Origin: the human T2T-CHM13v2.0 reference genome, Homo sapiens
Reading direction: 5' to 3' (one strand)
Length of the DNA: 64,000 nt
Assembly (NCBI RefSeq): GCF_009914755.1
Contig: NC_060931.1
In this document: positions 46,401-62,430 of the stretch, piece after piece
How the letters are laid out: every line of letters begins with the position of its first letter
How positions within the stretch are numbered: the first letter of the stretch is position 1
Position numbers and translations under genes: made by a program
Notes under the pieces: generated by a model
What the model saw: the letters and a program-made list of their open reading frames with translations, nothing else
Databases searched by the model: none
What the model was told of the DNA's origin: nothing

Positions 46401-49400
46401 ACCTTGAAGTTTCAAACTCCCTGAGGTCTGAGGAATGAAGTAGAAAGACCTTGTGATACTGTATGTTTATTGTAAAAATGTATTTTGAATGACATCTTTC
46501 TGTTCCTCCTGTAGAAGTCAGCTTGTCATCACCGACTCTGGGAACACTCCCTAGCCACAAAGACTTAAGTTTCACTTGCTTTGTGTTTCCACAATTTATG
46601 GACAACACTTAGACTTTAGGTCAGTAAGTGATCCTGAAGATTTATTCAGGTGACATCCCTGAGAAGCAATATTTTAGGCTGATTTTATTTGGACAGTCAA
46701 CAATTGATATGGACTATATGTCATATGTCAAGCACTGATCTCTGATTCCTGTGAATTAGACAGACATAATCTTTGCTTTCATGGAGCTTGTAGTCTGGTA
46801 TAGTCTGATGTAGGCAAGCACTCAATAAGAAGCAATGAATAAGCAAGATAATCTCATGGAGATAATTTGAAGTGATAAATACAGGGTGATGTAATGGCAT
46901 TGGGTGCAGTTATATGGTTTCAAGTTGACTGAGCTGGTAAGGGCTGTGCTGTAGTACCTACCAGTATATTATCCAGACATATGTCAATCATATTACTAAG
47001 TTAACAGCATTTGGTAGTGGAAGCTGTGCATATTTGTTGGGCTAATGGTTTTAGGGTTAAAACCTTATTTGAATGAATAGAGGATATTTAAGATTGGAAA
47101 GAAACATGATAGCATTCAAATAATTGAATGACTATATATTAGTACTATAACAAAGAGATTCTGGAACACTCCAGAAGACTGACTGGAGCAAACCAAAAAA
47201 TAGAAGTTACAGAGGGGTATATTTTAACTTAATATAAGGAACATCTTTTAAATGTTTATGATTTTCTCATCAATAGAATGGATGTGCTGAATGTTTGATA
47301 GGGGTTGTATTCAGATACCGGTGATCTGTCAGAGGTGAGTGAGGAAGTTCCTCTAAAGGAGAGCAAAGTAGCCTAGATAGTTTCAGAGATCTCTATTGTG
47401 TTACTTTGAGGAAGCTCAACCTAGGAGAAATAGAGGTATCCCGAGAGGAGCAAATTTAGGGCAGAACAGAAAGACCCCACAAAAGAGGTCAATGGAACAA
47501 GAGATGATATTTCTCTGGAAAAAGGGCACATAGCAAATATATAAGACTGTTGATTCACCAGCAAAAGAGTCTTCATGCTGATTGGTTGGGAAAAAAAGGA
47601 AACAGAAGAAAAAGAGATCAAGAAAAGGAAATGTCTTATTGAAGAAGAGGGACCCTATCAAGTAATTCCAGAATGCTGAATGCTGTCATGCTCTGAATAA
47701 ATACGGCATCAATTAAAGGGATAAGAGCTTTGATTATAACTTAATGTCTGGCTGAGCTATTTCTTACATCACTGTTTCTTAGGTAATAGTTTTTAGTCTA
47801 TTATCTAATAGTCCATTAGTACGTTGAATAGTATTCTATAAATGAATCTAGAATAATATGTTTACCTTCCATTTTAGGTATGATATGGCAACTCTTCATT
47901 TTCAATACTCACAGTGGTTGATTGAGACATAAATTTATTTGGGCTCAGGCTTGGCTTGGTCAGGAAAACAACAAAGGAAAAAGTTTTTCTTCAGAGCTGC
48001 TATGTTTATGCTTTTATGTTGTGGTTGGCATTTTGGCAGCATAGGTATTAAGTTATGTACCACCCAAAACTACTTAAAATTAGTTTTCTCAGGCTTAAAA
48101 GAAAGAGACCTTGGTTTTTTAAGACATTGAATAAGCTTTAGTTCAGCAACAACGGGCTGCAGAAACAATGCTTTTAACTTTTATTTGTGTCATATATTTA
48201 AGTTACACATTATTTTCGATTCTTCTTGTATTTATTTTTTCCTTCTAGCGAAAACAATTTGGTTCCAGTATTTTAAGTTATTAATGCTTCCTAGAGAACA
48301 AGTTTAAGTTTTCCAGTTTAGGAGGAAAAGCATTCAAATCAGAAAACCCCCTCATTTTTAACATTTTTCCCAAGAAGCAGAACAGTCATTTTTTAATCCT
48401 CTCATAATGCCCTGGGGGCGTTAGACAGACATTGTCCCTTAAAAAAGAGAAAAATAGGAATTGCATCATGTTTGATAGAAGTATAAGTAACAAGGGAAAA
48501 ATATGAAACCACAAAAAGTGGATTTATTTTTTTCCTCAATATTTGCATATTTTAGCAAATAGGTTTATTGAGCCTCATTGGTGGAGGGTTGACAAGGATA
48601 TGTAATGTTATTTTGTCTATTTAACAACTTACAGCTTATTTAAACTCTTTTTCCTAAATGAATCATCTCCCTTTTTTTTTGTCTGAAAGGTGACAGTATA
48701 TTTATTATGGTCCATTTTGTAAATACCCGCTTGCAAATAGACCTCTTCATACCTGGGTGTGCCTCTTTGGAGACATGCAGAAGAAACCCTCCCAATGTGA
48801 ATTACTTCTTGACTTTGCAGACTTAAGATGAAATTGCTTAAAATAAAAGGAAAAATAAAAATACACTGCTTGTTTTAGTGTACATTTGGAAGGTTACAAA
48901 AATTGGATTAAATATTGATGTTTGCTTTTAGGTATTTTTGTCTTTTAATTGGCAAGTTAATAGGGATACTTTCTTGGGTGAGATCATTTTCTGTGAACTT
49001 GGGAAGAATCAGTTTGCTTGTTCGCTGGTGGACACATGGAAAATACATCATTGGAGCATATGTTGTTTATTTTTTTATTATGAAATATTTTAGCAATTCA
49101 GAAAAATATGAATAATAAATTTAATAAATACTCATCTACTCATTATATGTTTATGTTTTGTCTTACCTCAGGACTCATTTTTTTTTTAAGCAATAAGGCA
49201 TTTAAAATATAGTTGAAGTGCTCTTTGTAAAATTTCACTCACTGTCCAGAGTTAGCCATTATCCTGAGTTGAATGTGGTGTTTACCATTCCCATTTATCT
49301 ATTCTTTTAAATATAAAATATTTATTCATAAATATTACGATATTATTTCATATGTTCTTGAACTTTATATATGTGGTATATTATATAAATCATTTTTGAT

Positions 49401-49656
49401 TTTATTATGTCATTAATTTACTGTAAGTATTGAGGTGTATCCATTTTGACATATATAGCTCTAGGTCCGTTGTATTAATTGCTGTGTATTATTCTAATAT
49501 ATAAACTGCTACAGTTTTCACATATTCATTCTCCTGTTGATGGACATCTAGACTGTTTCCAGAATTTCTGTTCTACATTGTCTTGCTGTTAATATTTTTG
49601 TGATTTTTCTCAAGAAGATGTTGGGGAATTTCTCTAGGAGTGGAATTGTTGGGTCA

Positions 49657-50507
<851 letters not shown>

Positions 50508-50890
50508 GATCATAGGGTGTCATACATTGTCCACTTGACAGGATAGTTTTAAATTGCTATTTTAAATGGTGTGTGCATTTATACTGTCTCTGAAAGTGTA
50601 TGAAAATTTTAACTGTTCCATATCCTTGCCAACGTGAGGATTATAAGACTTTAAGATGTTACCCAATTGGATGGATGTGTTTTGGTATCTCATTGAGCAT
50701 CTTTCCATATAATTATTAGCTGCTGAAATTGTCTTTTTTATTTATTGCCTGCTTCTGTCCTTTTCTTATTTCTAAATTGTTCTTTGTTTTGTTTTCTTAC
50801 TCGTTTATACATAAGAAAAAAGAAAAGAAAAAATAATTAGTAGTTAATTATAATATTTAACAACATATTAATTCTTATAATAATTAATAA

Positions 50891-51538
<648 letters not shown>

Positions 51539-53719
51539 ATAATCCCATTACTAATTCTTGTTGGTTATTTGCATTCCCATATTTTTCCCAGTGTGATTTG
51601 TCTTTGCACTTTATTAGGGTTTTTTTTTTTTTTTTAAGTGCACAAATATTTTAATTCAAAGTCGGCACGTTCTGCCATTTCCTACTTGAAGTAAGATATC
51701 CCTCTTCATTTTTAAATAAAGAGCACCATTATACATTGAAATAATTTTATTTGTATCTAGATATATATGTTTCTATTTTTTTTTTGAGATGTAGCAACAA
51801 AACAGTCTGATTTATTAGGTTGGTCCAGTTTTATATAGGCCGCAATTGAGAACTGTGTAATTTAAAGAGTGATGGGTTTATAAAATGTTATTGCTAGCAA
51901 AAACTTTAGAGATGATCTGGTCTGAAACTGATGTCCAGAGAGACAGGGAATGGCGATTCTAGAAGCGCTTGTATTGACAAAGTGAATTGCATACACACTG
52001 CAATATTATCTTCGTTGGCTAAGGGACTCTGCCTTACCTTGAAAAGCATGATTATAAAAATAATAACTGGACATCAATTTTGCTGAGAATCTTCTCTTAT
52101 CTCTGGAGTGCATATTTTCTATTGTAAGGCTTTTGTCACAAACATACCTCTACTGTGAGCCAGGTCCCAAAAGGGACCCTTACTTTAGCAAAGTCCCACA
52201 ACTTTTCTGTCTGGGTATTCATCCACATCACTCTCTGTTCCAACACTGCTACTCCTCCAACTCACTAAACAGGTTTTATTTTCCCAATATCACTCGATTC
52301 TCAGACTCTTGAAGATCAGAGATAAAATTAAGTGCATCTTTTATGCCCAAAATAAGTGTGTCAAGATTTTTTCACTATTTTTTTCTTAAGGAAGTATTGC
52401 AGAGGAACTTAAGAGTGAGTGACAGTTGACAAAAAGAAATGGTTGCCTGGAAACTGGCAATTTAAATAACTAGGAGCTGATATGATTTACCAGCCTGATA
52501 AACAGCTAGGACTTTAATACAATCTAAAGGGCTGCTACAGATGTTGGATTGAGCTATTTATATGTGTTAATCTGTCTCAGTCTATTTTAATACATGCATA
52601 TATATATGCATTTTTTTTTTGCAGAACTGGAATATAAAAGCAAAGGCTGTATCTCTTCCCCTATATGACATTAATAGAAATAATAGAAATTGCCTTCAAT
52701 TAAATGAATTGTTTTGGTCCCCTTGTTTTTATATAGATTTTCAGTTTCAAAGGTGGCTTTCTCACTCAGGGGGAATAGATGTCTTGTGGATTGAGTGCGG
52801 AGTTTGTTTTGAGTTCTGACACTGTAATTATATACTTAGTAATTGTTACCTTGTTTTTTCAGGTTTTATCATTTGAAACTTTACTCCATTTGTTGAGATG
52901 GAGTTGCAGATACTTTTGATTCTTCACAGGAATAATGAGGTTTAATAGGATTGGTTCTGAGTGAGTTAGCTTAATCAAGTAGCCTGTTTTACTGATGGGA
53001 TCATTAAGAGGCTTTATCCTCTCATGGGCCAGTTAGTTTCCTGGAGCAGGTGAATGTCTTTGCAGCCTCCTTGATCCTCACTAGACATCTTTCACATGGT
53101 TCTTCGAAGAGATGATAGAAAAGCTGCAGCCTATATTGTACTGTAATCATAGTATAGTAACCCAGAGTTCCCTCTTCTGGCAGGAGGTCAGTACTATCAT
53201 TTTGTGTATAAATAACTGATGGCATATTTGTGAAGCTGTCTGTATAAAATTCCACTATCTCCTTGGGAATGGAATGTGCTACATACAACAAACTATCATC
53301 ATGTTACTAGCATAAAACTTGAGATAATTTTGAGGATAATTTTGACAGTGGAAATGTTTTATGATATGAGGAATATAAAAATAGATCATTTAATTCACAG
53401 AATAGTTGAAGGACACAGCAAGGTAATTTTTAAATTGTTTCTTGCAATTGTTTACAATTCACTGAGCGTAGTAGCTATGACTTGGAGAACTTCTGGGAAA
53501 GGAGGACATTTTTACCACCCATGCATGTTTGAATAAATTTCAGTCTCCTAAAGCTGTGCACCAGCTCTTTCATGTATCTTCCCTTCTACCTCTAATCACA
53601 GTGAGAACTCCCTACTCCTAATTCCTGTAGCACTTGTGCTGTCCCATTTTTTTTTTTTTAAAGAAAATAGCTATCAGGGCTGCAGTGTTTCACAATTTGA
53701 GGGGCAGTTTGTAACACAG

Positions 53720-53950
53720 AGGCCCTGAATGTCATAATGTCTCACATATATTGAGCAGTATGCTAAGTATTTTAAATATATTATCACTCATCCCTAGTGA
53801 CCCTGCAAGTAACTATTAGAGCCAGCAACTTACCAGTGAGGAAACTGAAGGTCAGAATGGTAAATAATTTGCCTGTGAAAATACGGCAATTGGAATTTGC
53901 ATTAAGGTCAGCCAGACTCCAAAGTCAGGGTTCTTTTCCTTGTTCTGCTC
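53720..53950. mobile_element. MIR
   Basis: gtgaggaaactgaaggtcagaatggtaaataatttgcc core. Confidence 0.7.
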
Positions 53951-54029
53951 TCTATATATGTTTGTTATTTTGTTTCTTAATTGTTCATATGCATATGTTG
54001 TTTCTCTTGTGCTTCTCATACTTTAGCTT

Positions 54030-54178
54030 AGTTAAGAATCACCATGGAAACTTGTTTAAAATGCTGTTTCTGGGCCCTTGTCCTAAAGATTCTGATTCAG
54101 AAGGTCTCAGATAAGTCCTGAGTGTCTGCATCTGCATTTTCTGAGGGGTTCTTGGACTGTACTCTGAGAAATCACTGG
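54030..54178. mobile_element. MER5 (hAT-Charlie)
   Basis: agaatcacc…agattctgattcagaaggtct…ctctgagaaatcactg. Confidence 0.75.
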
Positions 54179-54741
54179 TATGAAATCTGGGAGACAGGAG
54201 CTATCTGAACAACTCCCCCAGCTCTGAACATTCATAGCAAGCACTCAATAAGTACATGTTACATTCAAGCAGAGCTAACTTGCTCCTGTGCAAAATATAG
54301 CCCACAAGGTTCCATAGCATGAACTTGGATTGTTCTTAACTTGAATATAAAGTTTGTGTAAGTTAGAAAAGTCAATACTAATTATAGGGTGAAGTTCAAA
54401 GAACAATATCTGATATGATTCATTTTTTACAAATTGGTGTATTCTGGAAATTTAGGTGTATCCTAAATTAGGTGTATTGGTGTGTTTTCACAAGGAAGTT
54501 TCTGTAGACAAAGGAACAGCATTGGCTAGAAAAGAACCAGAGAGGGACGGAATTGAAGTTAGTTGTAGGTATAAAGTAGGGTTCTTTGGAAGGGGAGGAG
54601 GAGATGGAGATAAAGATGGGAGATGAGGTTGGTTCAACTCATTAGTGAAGGTAAGTTCTTTGGAAAGGGGCCAAATAACCAGTGGCCTAATCAATTGCAA
54701 GGGATTCTGGAGAAACCTAGTAGAAAAGAGGGTCACAGATG

Positions 54742-55271
54742 TGTTAGCGGTGAAAAGAATTGGACCAAACGCACAGACAAAGCAAGGAAAGAATAAAGTG
54801 ACAACAGCAGAGATTTGCTGAAAATGAAAGTACACTCCACGGGGTGGGAGTGGCCTGAGCATAGGGGCTCAAGAGCCCTGTTATGGAATTTTCTGGGGTC
54901 AAATACCCTCTAGAGGTTTCCCATTGGTTACTTGATATACACCCTATGTAAATGAAGTAGCAGCCCACGACCAGTCTGATTGGTTGCAGAAAGTGACCAA
55001 TCAGAGGCTGAAGTGAAGTTATAAAGTTCTGTACAAATGAAGACTTGGCCCTCTACCAGCCTGATTGGTTGTGGGAGGGGTCCAATTAGAGGTACTTTCA
55101 ATTCCTCATCTGCCCTGCAGAAAAAGGTGGGGAGGGTTGCAAAGGGAGTAGCCTTTGGTCCTTTCGTTACTTGAGCATGGAAACTTGGGGTTTTCCTTTT
55201 GATTTAGTTCTAGGAAGTCAGTGCAAATCGGCTTTAGGGTCCCTGCCTCTAGAACCTATTCTCCTGCCTCA
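54742..55271 (-). mobile_element. MER51-like ERV1 solo LTR
   Basis: TG…CA termini (tgttag…/…ttctcctgcctca), 4-bp TSD gatg, and multiple CCAAT boxes. Confidence 0.88.
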
Positions 55272-56019
55272 GATGGAGGGATAAGGAGTAAACAGAATCA
55301 GTGCCAATGTGGGTCTTGGCTGGGGAGGGTGCCATGTACCTCACATCTTTGGGCAATGGCCCTGGTGACTTAAGACTCATACTGGTTTCCTTCTACATTG
55401 TGTGGGTATTTTCTGTTATCACTTCTTCACCTGAGGGGCACATCTGCTTGTGCCTAGAGATGTGTCTTGGCTGGCTTAAAATTGTATGGACTGCTAGCAA
55501 CAGGTAGAACAGTGAGTAAAACGATCAGTGATATCCTTCCCAAAATAGAGGGACCTTAAGGTCTATTGAAATTCCCAAGCCAATCTGTTAAAACATATTC
55601 AAGTTCTGTATAGAAAGATCTATACAATATCCGGGGAATAGACTTCATGCTTCCCTTCACATTTCTATAAAATGATACTTGTTTCTAACTTACAGTTTTT
55701 TTTTCTATTCGAATGTTTTTCTTTCTATTAACATCCAAGTGATTTTTTTATATAGCTAACACGAGTGAAAGATTAAAGTAAACATGGTATATTCACAAGC
55801 AAAGGATAGCACAGTATATTTCCTTAGAGTACACATTTGCCTTCTAAAAGAAAGAAAAAGAATGAAAAAAAGCTTTAGTAATTAGATACCTGCTGTAACC
55901 CTAGTGGAGTGAGAAAGATGAATAGTTGTGCTGCAGGACTCTGTGCCACAGTGAGAGGCACTATGTGTCACTGTTTTCTCTTGGGATGAAATTTGGCCTG
56001 AAGTAAAATAAAATTTCTG

Positions 56020-56185
56020 TAATGATAATAACAGCCAATGTTTTTGAGCACCTTCACCTTACCAATGATTACTTTACATTTATTTCCTTCAAGCCTCACA
56101 ATGACCTCATAAGTTAAATAATTCATGTTTAAGCAACTGAGGCTCAGAGAGGTTAATTGACTTCCAGACCGCCTAGCTAGTGAAA
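56020..56185. mobile_element. MIR
   Basis: aactgaggctcagagaggttaattgacttc core. Confidence 0.75.
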
Positions 56186-58385
56186 CATTTTACAAGAGCA
56201 CTTTGCTCAACGTGGGGATTATCAGATCTTCAAGAGTTGAGTTGCAGCATTAAAGAAATGTGATTAAAGAAATCACAGAATTTTAAAAAATGTACACAAT
56301 ATTGAAGCTTGAAAAAGAGAATCATATCACTCTTAATTACAATGATGGCTAAAGGTCTTTTGTGTTTGGCTAGCTGATCATAACCCATGCCTCCACGCAG
56401 GTGAGGTAGTAGACCAGGGGAGACGGGTTCTTTTCAACATGCTTGGTCGGCAGTTTTCTGCAGGGAAGGTTATAGCGTGTGAGTTACAAAGCCCTCCTGC
56501 TGCACAGGTATCAGAGGTTGTCTGTTACAAGTTCCTTCACTTCGACTATTACTTCCTTTTCACAATTCTATTTTGGACTTCTGTCCAGTGTGTATTTACA
56601 GGTAGACAAAGCTTTTTTTCTTTCTTTCTTTCTTTCTTTTTTTTTTTTTAACAACCTCTTTGCCATGACTGAAAAGAAGCCTGTATATCCTGCAGTTTCT
56701 GGGCATTGTGAGTCTCCTTTTAAACTCAAATTGGTGATAATGGTGACTGTGACTCCCTATTGTCCAAGGAGGGGAGTTGCAGATAGGGCCTTCAAAGATG
56801 ATCCAATAAAAATCAGTGCAGTAAGACTTTTTGATAAAATGATCTTTATGATGTAGAGGCATTTGGAATATGGGTTGGGTACTGGATACCCTGGGGCTAA
56901 GCCCAGTGTTTAAAAATCAAGGCTTACTACGAAAAGGTCTGTTTTTATTAGTGCAGGTACTGTAGTTGGCAAGATTTCTTCTTATGAAATGCAATATCCA
57001 GCAGACCATTCCTGATTATGTTATGTATTTTTAGATGTTACCATTGAGTTATATTTATAGTATAGACTACTGAATCTTATCTTAAATATGCAAAATATAT
57101 GCATAACTAACCTCCCAAGCTGCGTTCCCTGCTCTATATTACACCCAACAATGTAGCCTGTTCTTAAATGGTTCTCCTAAAAGTCTTAGAATGGAGCTTA
57201 TTATTTGCTTTTAAAATGTAAGCACAGAGACTGTGTGTTAGATGTGTGGCCTTCTGGGTGACATGTTCTGCTCCTAGATACTCTAAGGGTGAAGTCAGCA
57301 AACCTTTGGCAGTGCAGGTGGGGAGTGAAACCAATAGTCTTGCATAGATAACTCCCCAGAGTCCAGAATGAGCCAAAAGTAATTGATATGCCAGTCTTTG
57401 CCAGCATGTTTGGTGAATCAGAGCAGCAGGTGTCTGTTACGGTATTGGGGAAGGTTAAATCACCGACTGCATTGCTGATGTGGCTCTTGCTTGTGCCCAT
57501 CAGCTTCCCAGTCCCCAGAACCCCCAGAGTCCTAGACTCTCATCATTCTATTCCTCAGGACAACATAAATATTATCAGGAGCACTGTGAGCACAGTCCTG
57601 CTTCTGCTACTTAAAGTTGAAGGGAAACGAGTATCCTTACATCTCTGTATCCCATGTTCCCCTGTCTTCATGAATAAGTGGTTTGATTGTTTTGAGGCCA
57701 ACTTGAGTTTATAGAGCTTGTCTAATAAAAAGATGGATGTCCTTGGGGAAAAAAAGCTGAGGCTAATAAGGTGAGAGAGAAACGGAATCCTTTCAATGAG
57801 CTAAGAAATTACTTCAATTGAAAAGCCTGGAAAGTGACCCTATCTTGGTCAACATATTTCATGGGCAAGGTCTGGGGATGTCTGGTGTCTTCCCAACCCA
57901 TGAAGGCACCCATCCCACCTGGGTTTGCCCTTTCTAGATGGTGGCCCATCTCAAGGATATTTTTCTTTCTTTCTCTGATCCAAATCCAAGGACTATGTTC
58001 TAGTCCTTCAGAAATCTATACTAACAAACTGGATAAGTGATTCTGCCTCAAAGTTGCATAACTACAGAATCATTGGTCAAGTTCTTACTGCCTGCTCACT
58101 TATTCATCAGGAACTTATTGTGTACCTGCCATGTATCAGGTACTCTACTAGGTGTGGGGGTTACAAAGATGAATGTAGTGCAGTCCCTGAACTGAAGAAC
58201 ATAGTCTCATCATGGATGAAAGTACTCCACTAACATAAGATACATTATTATTGTCTAACATATGTGATGTTATTATGGGTATGGTACAAGATACAGTGGA
58301 AACAGAGATGAGAAAGCTGATCTTTTACTTGGAGTGGTTGGCTAAGAATTCTCATTTCAGTATGGCTTTAAAGAATTCAAGATAC

Positions 58386-58639
58386 GGCTGGGTGTGGTGG
58401 CTCACACCTGTAATCCCAGCACTTTGTGAGGCTGAGGCAGGACGATAGGGATAAATTGTTTCTATAAAAAAAGTAAAAATGTTAGGTGGGCGTGGTGGCA
58501 CACGCCTGTAGTCCCAGCTACTCAGGAGGCTAAGGTGGGAGGATCACTTGAGCCTCGGAGGTTGAAGCTGCAGTGAGCTGTGATCACGTGAGACAAACTG
58601 ATACCCTATCTCAAAAACCAACCAACCAGAAAAACCCCA
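58386..58639 (+). mobile_element. AluJ with internal deletions, inserted in an L2
   Basis: ggaggatcacttgagcc…gaagctgcagtgagctgtgat; TSD aagaattcaag. Confidence 0.88.
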
Positions 58640-59345
58640 AGAATTCAAGGTGGGAGATGCAGAAAAGGTAATAGTATCCTTTGCAGACAGAGACACAAAA
58701 GCATGGACACGCGAATGATACTGTGCAGGAATAGTCAGGACTCATAGTCAGCTGATATGTTTTAGTAAGGCTCCACCAGTGCTTATACAGGTGTTCATTC
58801 TGAGTAGCCTGTGCCTCGGTAGTAGCTAATAATGTTGAACATCACTCTAGGAGTAATCACAGATTGCCTGAAACCATAGGGGTTATACATGAGGGAAAGA
58901 AGGAAGAAGAAAAAGTGGGATGAAAGGAGACCAGTTATGAAGGCACTTGAATACCAACTAAGGAGCTGTGTGTCACCAAATTGTAGTTACTGACTCATTC
59001 ATTTATTTATACATTCCCTGGAGGCAGGGATACCAGATAGAAGACTAGATTAAGAATCCAATCAAGAACAAACAATTAATTGAGCTAAGGCAGTATTAAT
59101 TGAAATGGAAAGGAGGATTCAGATAAGAAAGATATTTTTAAGAGGTCAGTGTTCTGACTCTGGTGACTGTCTATGGTAAAAGCAAGAAACAGAGAAATGA
59201 AATAGAATCTAAGGTTTCCATATTGGGTAACAGTGTGTCTTGTATGTGCTCAGTAAGGGTTGTTGAATTGAACACAATGTTAAGAGCGGTTTTCTAATGC
59301 TTTTCTCCAAAGTTGAAATTACAGCAGAATTTCAGGTTCTAAGGC

Positions 59346-59347
<2 letters not shown>

Positions 59348-59399
<52 letters not shown>
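59348..59399. repeat. (AG)n microsatellite, about 26 pure units
   Basis: Direct observation. Confidence 0.97.
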
Positions 59400-59402
<3 letters not shown>

Positions 59403-60049
59403 AGGATCTGATGAATCTCTTGGTGTTCAACGTGTTGGCACAGTAAGCATTTCCCACCAATAAATGATCTGTATAGTGATTGTGATAAACTGAGTTTTTG
59501 AAGGATACTCTATGGAGGAACCATGGTTAATGTCTCAATTTGAGAAGAGAAGGACCTGCAGATAAGTGTGAATGGCTGTGTAGACTGAACTGTACATTTT
59601 GGCTTGCCCTAGCCATGAGAAAGATATATCAGATTTAAATAGACAAGGTTTTTGTTACCTACATAGACTATAAAAGCGTTCTGCTTTTTTAGTAGCACAC
59701 TATCCAAAATAATACTAATTACCCAAAAGTGGGGAAAAAAGACAACTGTAATAAGCTCAGAGTATAGTTAAAAACCAAAATGATTATTGTGATGTTCAAG
59801 GAACATGAAGTCTAAGTCAAATTTGAAAGCTTCTGTTGTGAGTTGATTTGTAGACTTTTATGGCAAATTTTGGATTCATTGTATCATGTTTTGTGACTGA
59901 GTTTGATCTATTCAATGGCTTGACAGGTCCTTTAGTAAAGAAGACCTGTATCTCAATGAGCCATTACTGAAGTTGTAATGAGTAGATAGGCAATGTCTTG
60001 ATGTTCATACAGCTCTGCTCAAGTGGTCTGTAATTCCTTGCAATGCCGC

Positions 60050-60270
60050 GAAGAAAGCACTGGGCTAAGAGTTACAGGATCAGCCCTCCATTTGCCAGCC
60101 ACATATCTGTAAACAAATCCCTGAACCTCTTTACACCTCAGATGCCTTGTTTGTAAAATGGGAATAATAACAGCTGATTCGGTATAACCCAAAGGGCTGT
60201 TGTGAAGATCAGAAGAGATACTCCATGTGCAATTTCTTTGTGACATATAAAGCTCTGCTGACTTGTGATG
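60050..60270. mobile_element. MIR
   Basis: aacctctttacacctcagatgccttgtttgtaaaatgggaataataa. Confidence 0.7.
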
Positions 60271-62159
60271 CTATTACTATTGAGAAGGCCACATAGGTGG
60301 AATGGTTAAAGGACCTATGGAAGACCACTACGTATGATGTTAAGGACAGTAATAGGCTGGGACAGTGAAATGTGGTAGTGCCCTCTCTTTTTTCTGGCTG
60401 CATGGGTAAGCTGAGACTGCAGGATGTCACTGTCTTGAGTTGTTGCTCCGTGCTACATCTGAATATATTACAGTAGTAACGTACTTTCAGAGAGCTGACA
60501 AAATTGTAGTCAGAGATGATCTTTTTGAAGCAAAGGACTCTTAGTCTTTTATTGTGGATTTATGTAGCTCAAGGGATATAGTTAAGAACCAAAATAACCA
60601 TTCCTGGATCTTAAGAGACAAAGGATTCATAGCAGCAGTTGTTTTTGCTGCACTTGTGTTTATCTCCTTAAATGTGCACGAATATGTATATGTTTTTTAC
60701 AGCATGGGGAAACTCATGTTAAAATTCATTGAAACCATTAATTGGAAGCAGATATACTTCTATTACATGTTTTGATAATCTGTATTTACAAACAATTTGT
60801 ATTATTTTTCTATTCTTTTTTGTTATCTACCTACCTGAAGGCGAGTTTCCTATTATTTCTAGTTCAGGCTTATAAGAATGACTAATATATGAGGGGAACT
60901 TCTAAACAGTCTATTACTCTGCAGCCCATTTGGATAAAGAAGTGTGGGAAGATTTGAGAATAAGTTCCCTATTGTCATCAACACATGTTGACCACTGACC
61001 CTTCTTTCTTTTCCAGGCAACTTAAAGTGGTCTTAATTTGTATAAAATTATATATCAATTTTGTCCCTAAAAGGTGTGGATCAGGCTGCTAATCTGATTT
61101 TGTGGGTGTGAGGAGAGGGAAGCATATATAGCCTATGATGTATGAATACATGTGATGTGCACATATGTACAGCAGATCCATATCCCTGAAACATTTTAGG
61201 AGAACTCCTTAAATGACCATATTCTACTTGTGCAGCTGTGGCAGTAATGATAACTTTGGTTTAATATGGATTATTGGAAATGGAAATGCAATAAATGGAA
61301 ACTAGTGTATATCAATATAGAAATGCCTATTCATTTTCATTAAAAGAGTATTCAGATAACATTTTCATAAATGTTAGACCAATGTGTCATGTGGAGGCAG
61401 TTATTAAAAAGACTGAAGGCAAGGGGAGTTGTTTAACTTTAAAAAAGACTTGATATTTGTAAGTCAAATTTATATTTCCATCCCAGATTTACTCTGCAAC
61501 TCAGGTTTGGAGCTGTGAAGTCAAAACCCAACTATTACATGCCCAGCCACAAATCAGCATGTCATGGAGAGTTGTTGTGTGTGTTTTTGTGGAAATAAGT
61601 GGGAGAAGTTAACTGCTGTTGAATTGTTGGAAATTATTGGTTAAATTTGAGTTATATTTGCAAATACACAAGTATCAATTGTGCAAAGTGACGTTAAAGA
61701 TGAAAAAGATTTTTTAAAAATCACACTAACTATGCCCTTGATGGAAGTTACCTTTCAGAGCTGCTTCACTTACATTCTCTAAAGGTTTCCTGTTGCTTTC
61801 TATTCGTTATTCTTAATTTAAAATCAAATTGTGCCATTGAGAATCAAGAATGTATCAAGAGCATTTACAAAATGTTTCAGACTACAATGTAAAAAAGTAA
61901 GAATGACTAAATCTTGAAGCTCACACTTGTCAATTTAGGATAGTCTATAAATTCAAATTCAAGTAAATTTAACTTTTATTTTATTTACTTTTAATTATGA
62001 AGCAGATAGCATCTCAGTTTTCTCACCTATTAGGTCCAGGGTGAGAGGAGAGAGTTACAAGTTATCTATTAGCATGGTTCTTATGAAAGTAATATCAGAT
62101 ATGGTGGCATGTCTAAAAGCACTTTGTAACTATAAAGAACAGTGTGAGCAATGTTTGTA

Positions 62160-62430
<271 letters not shown>

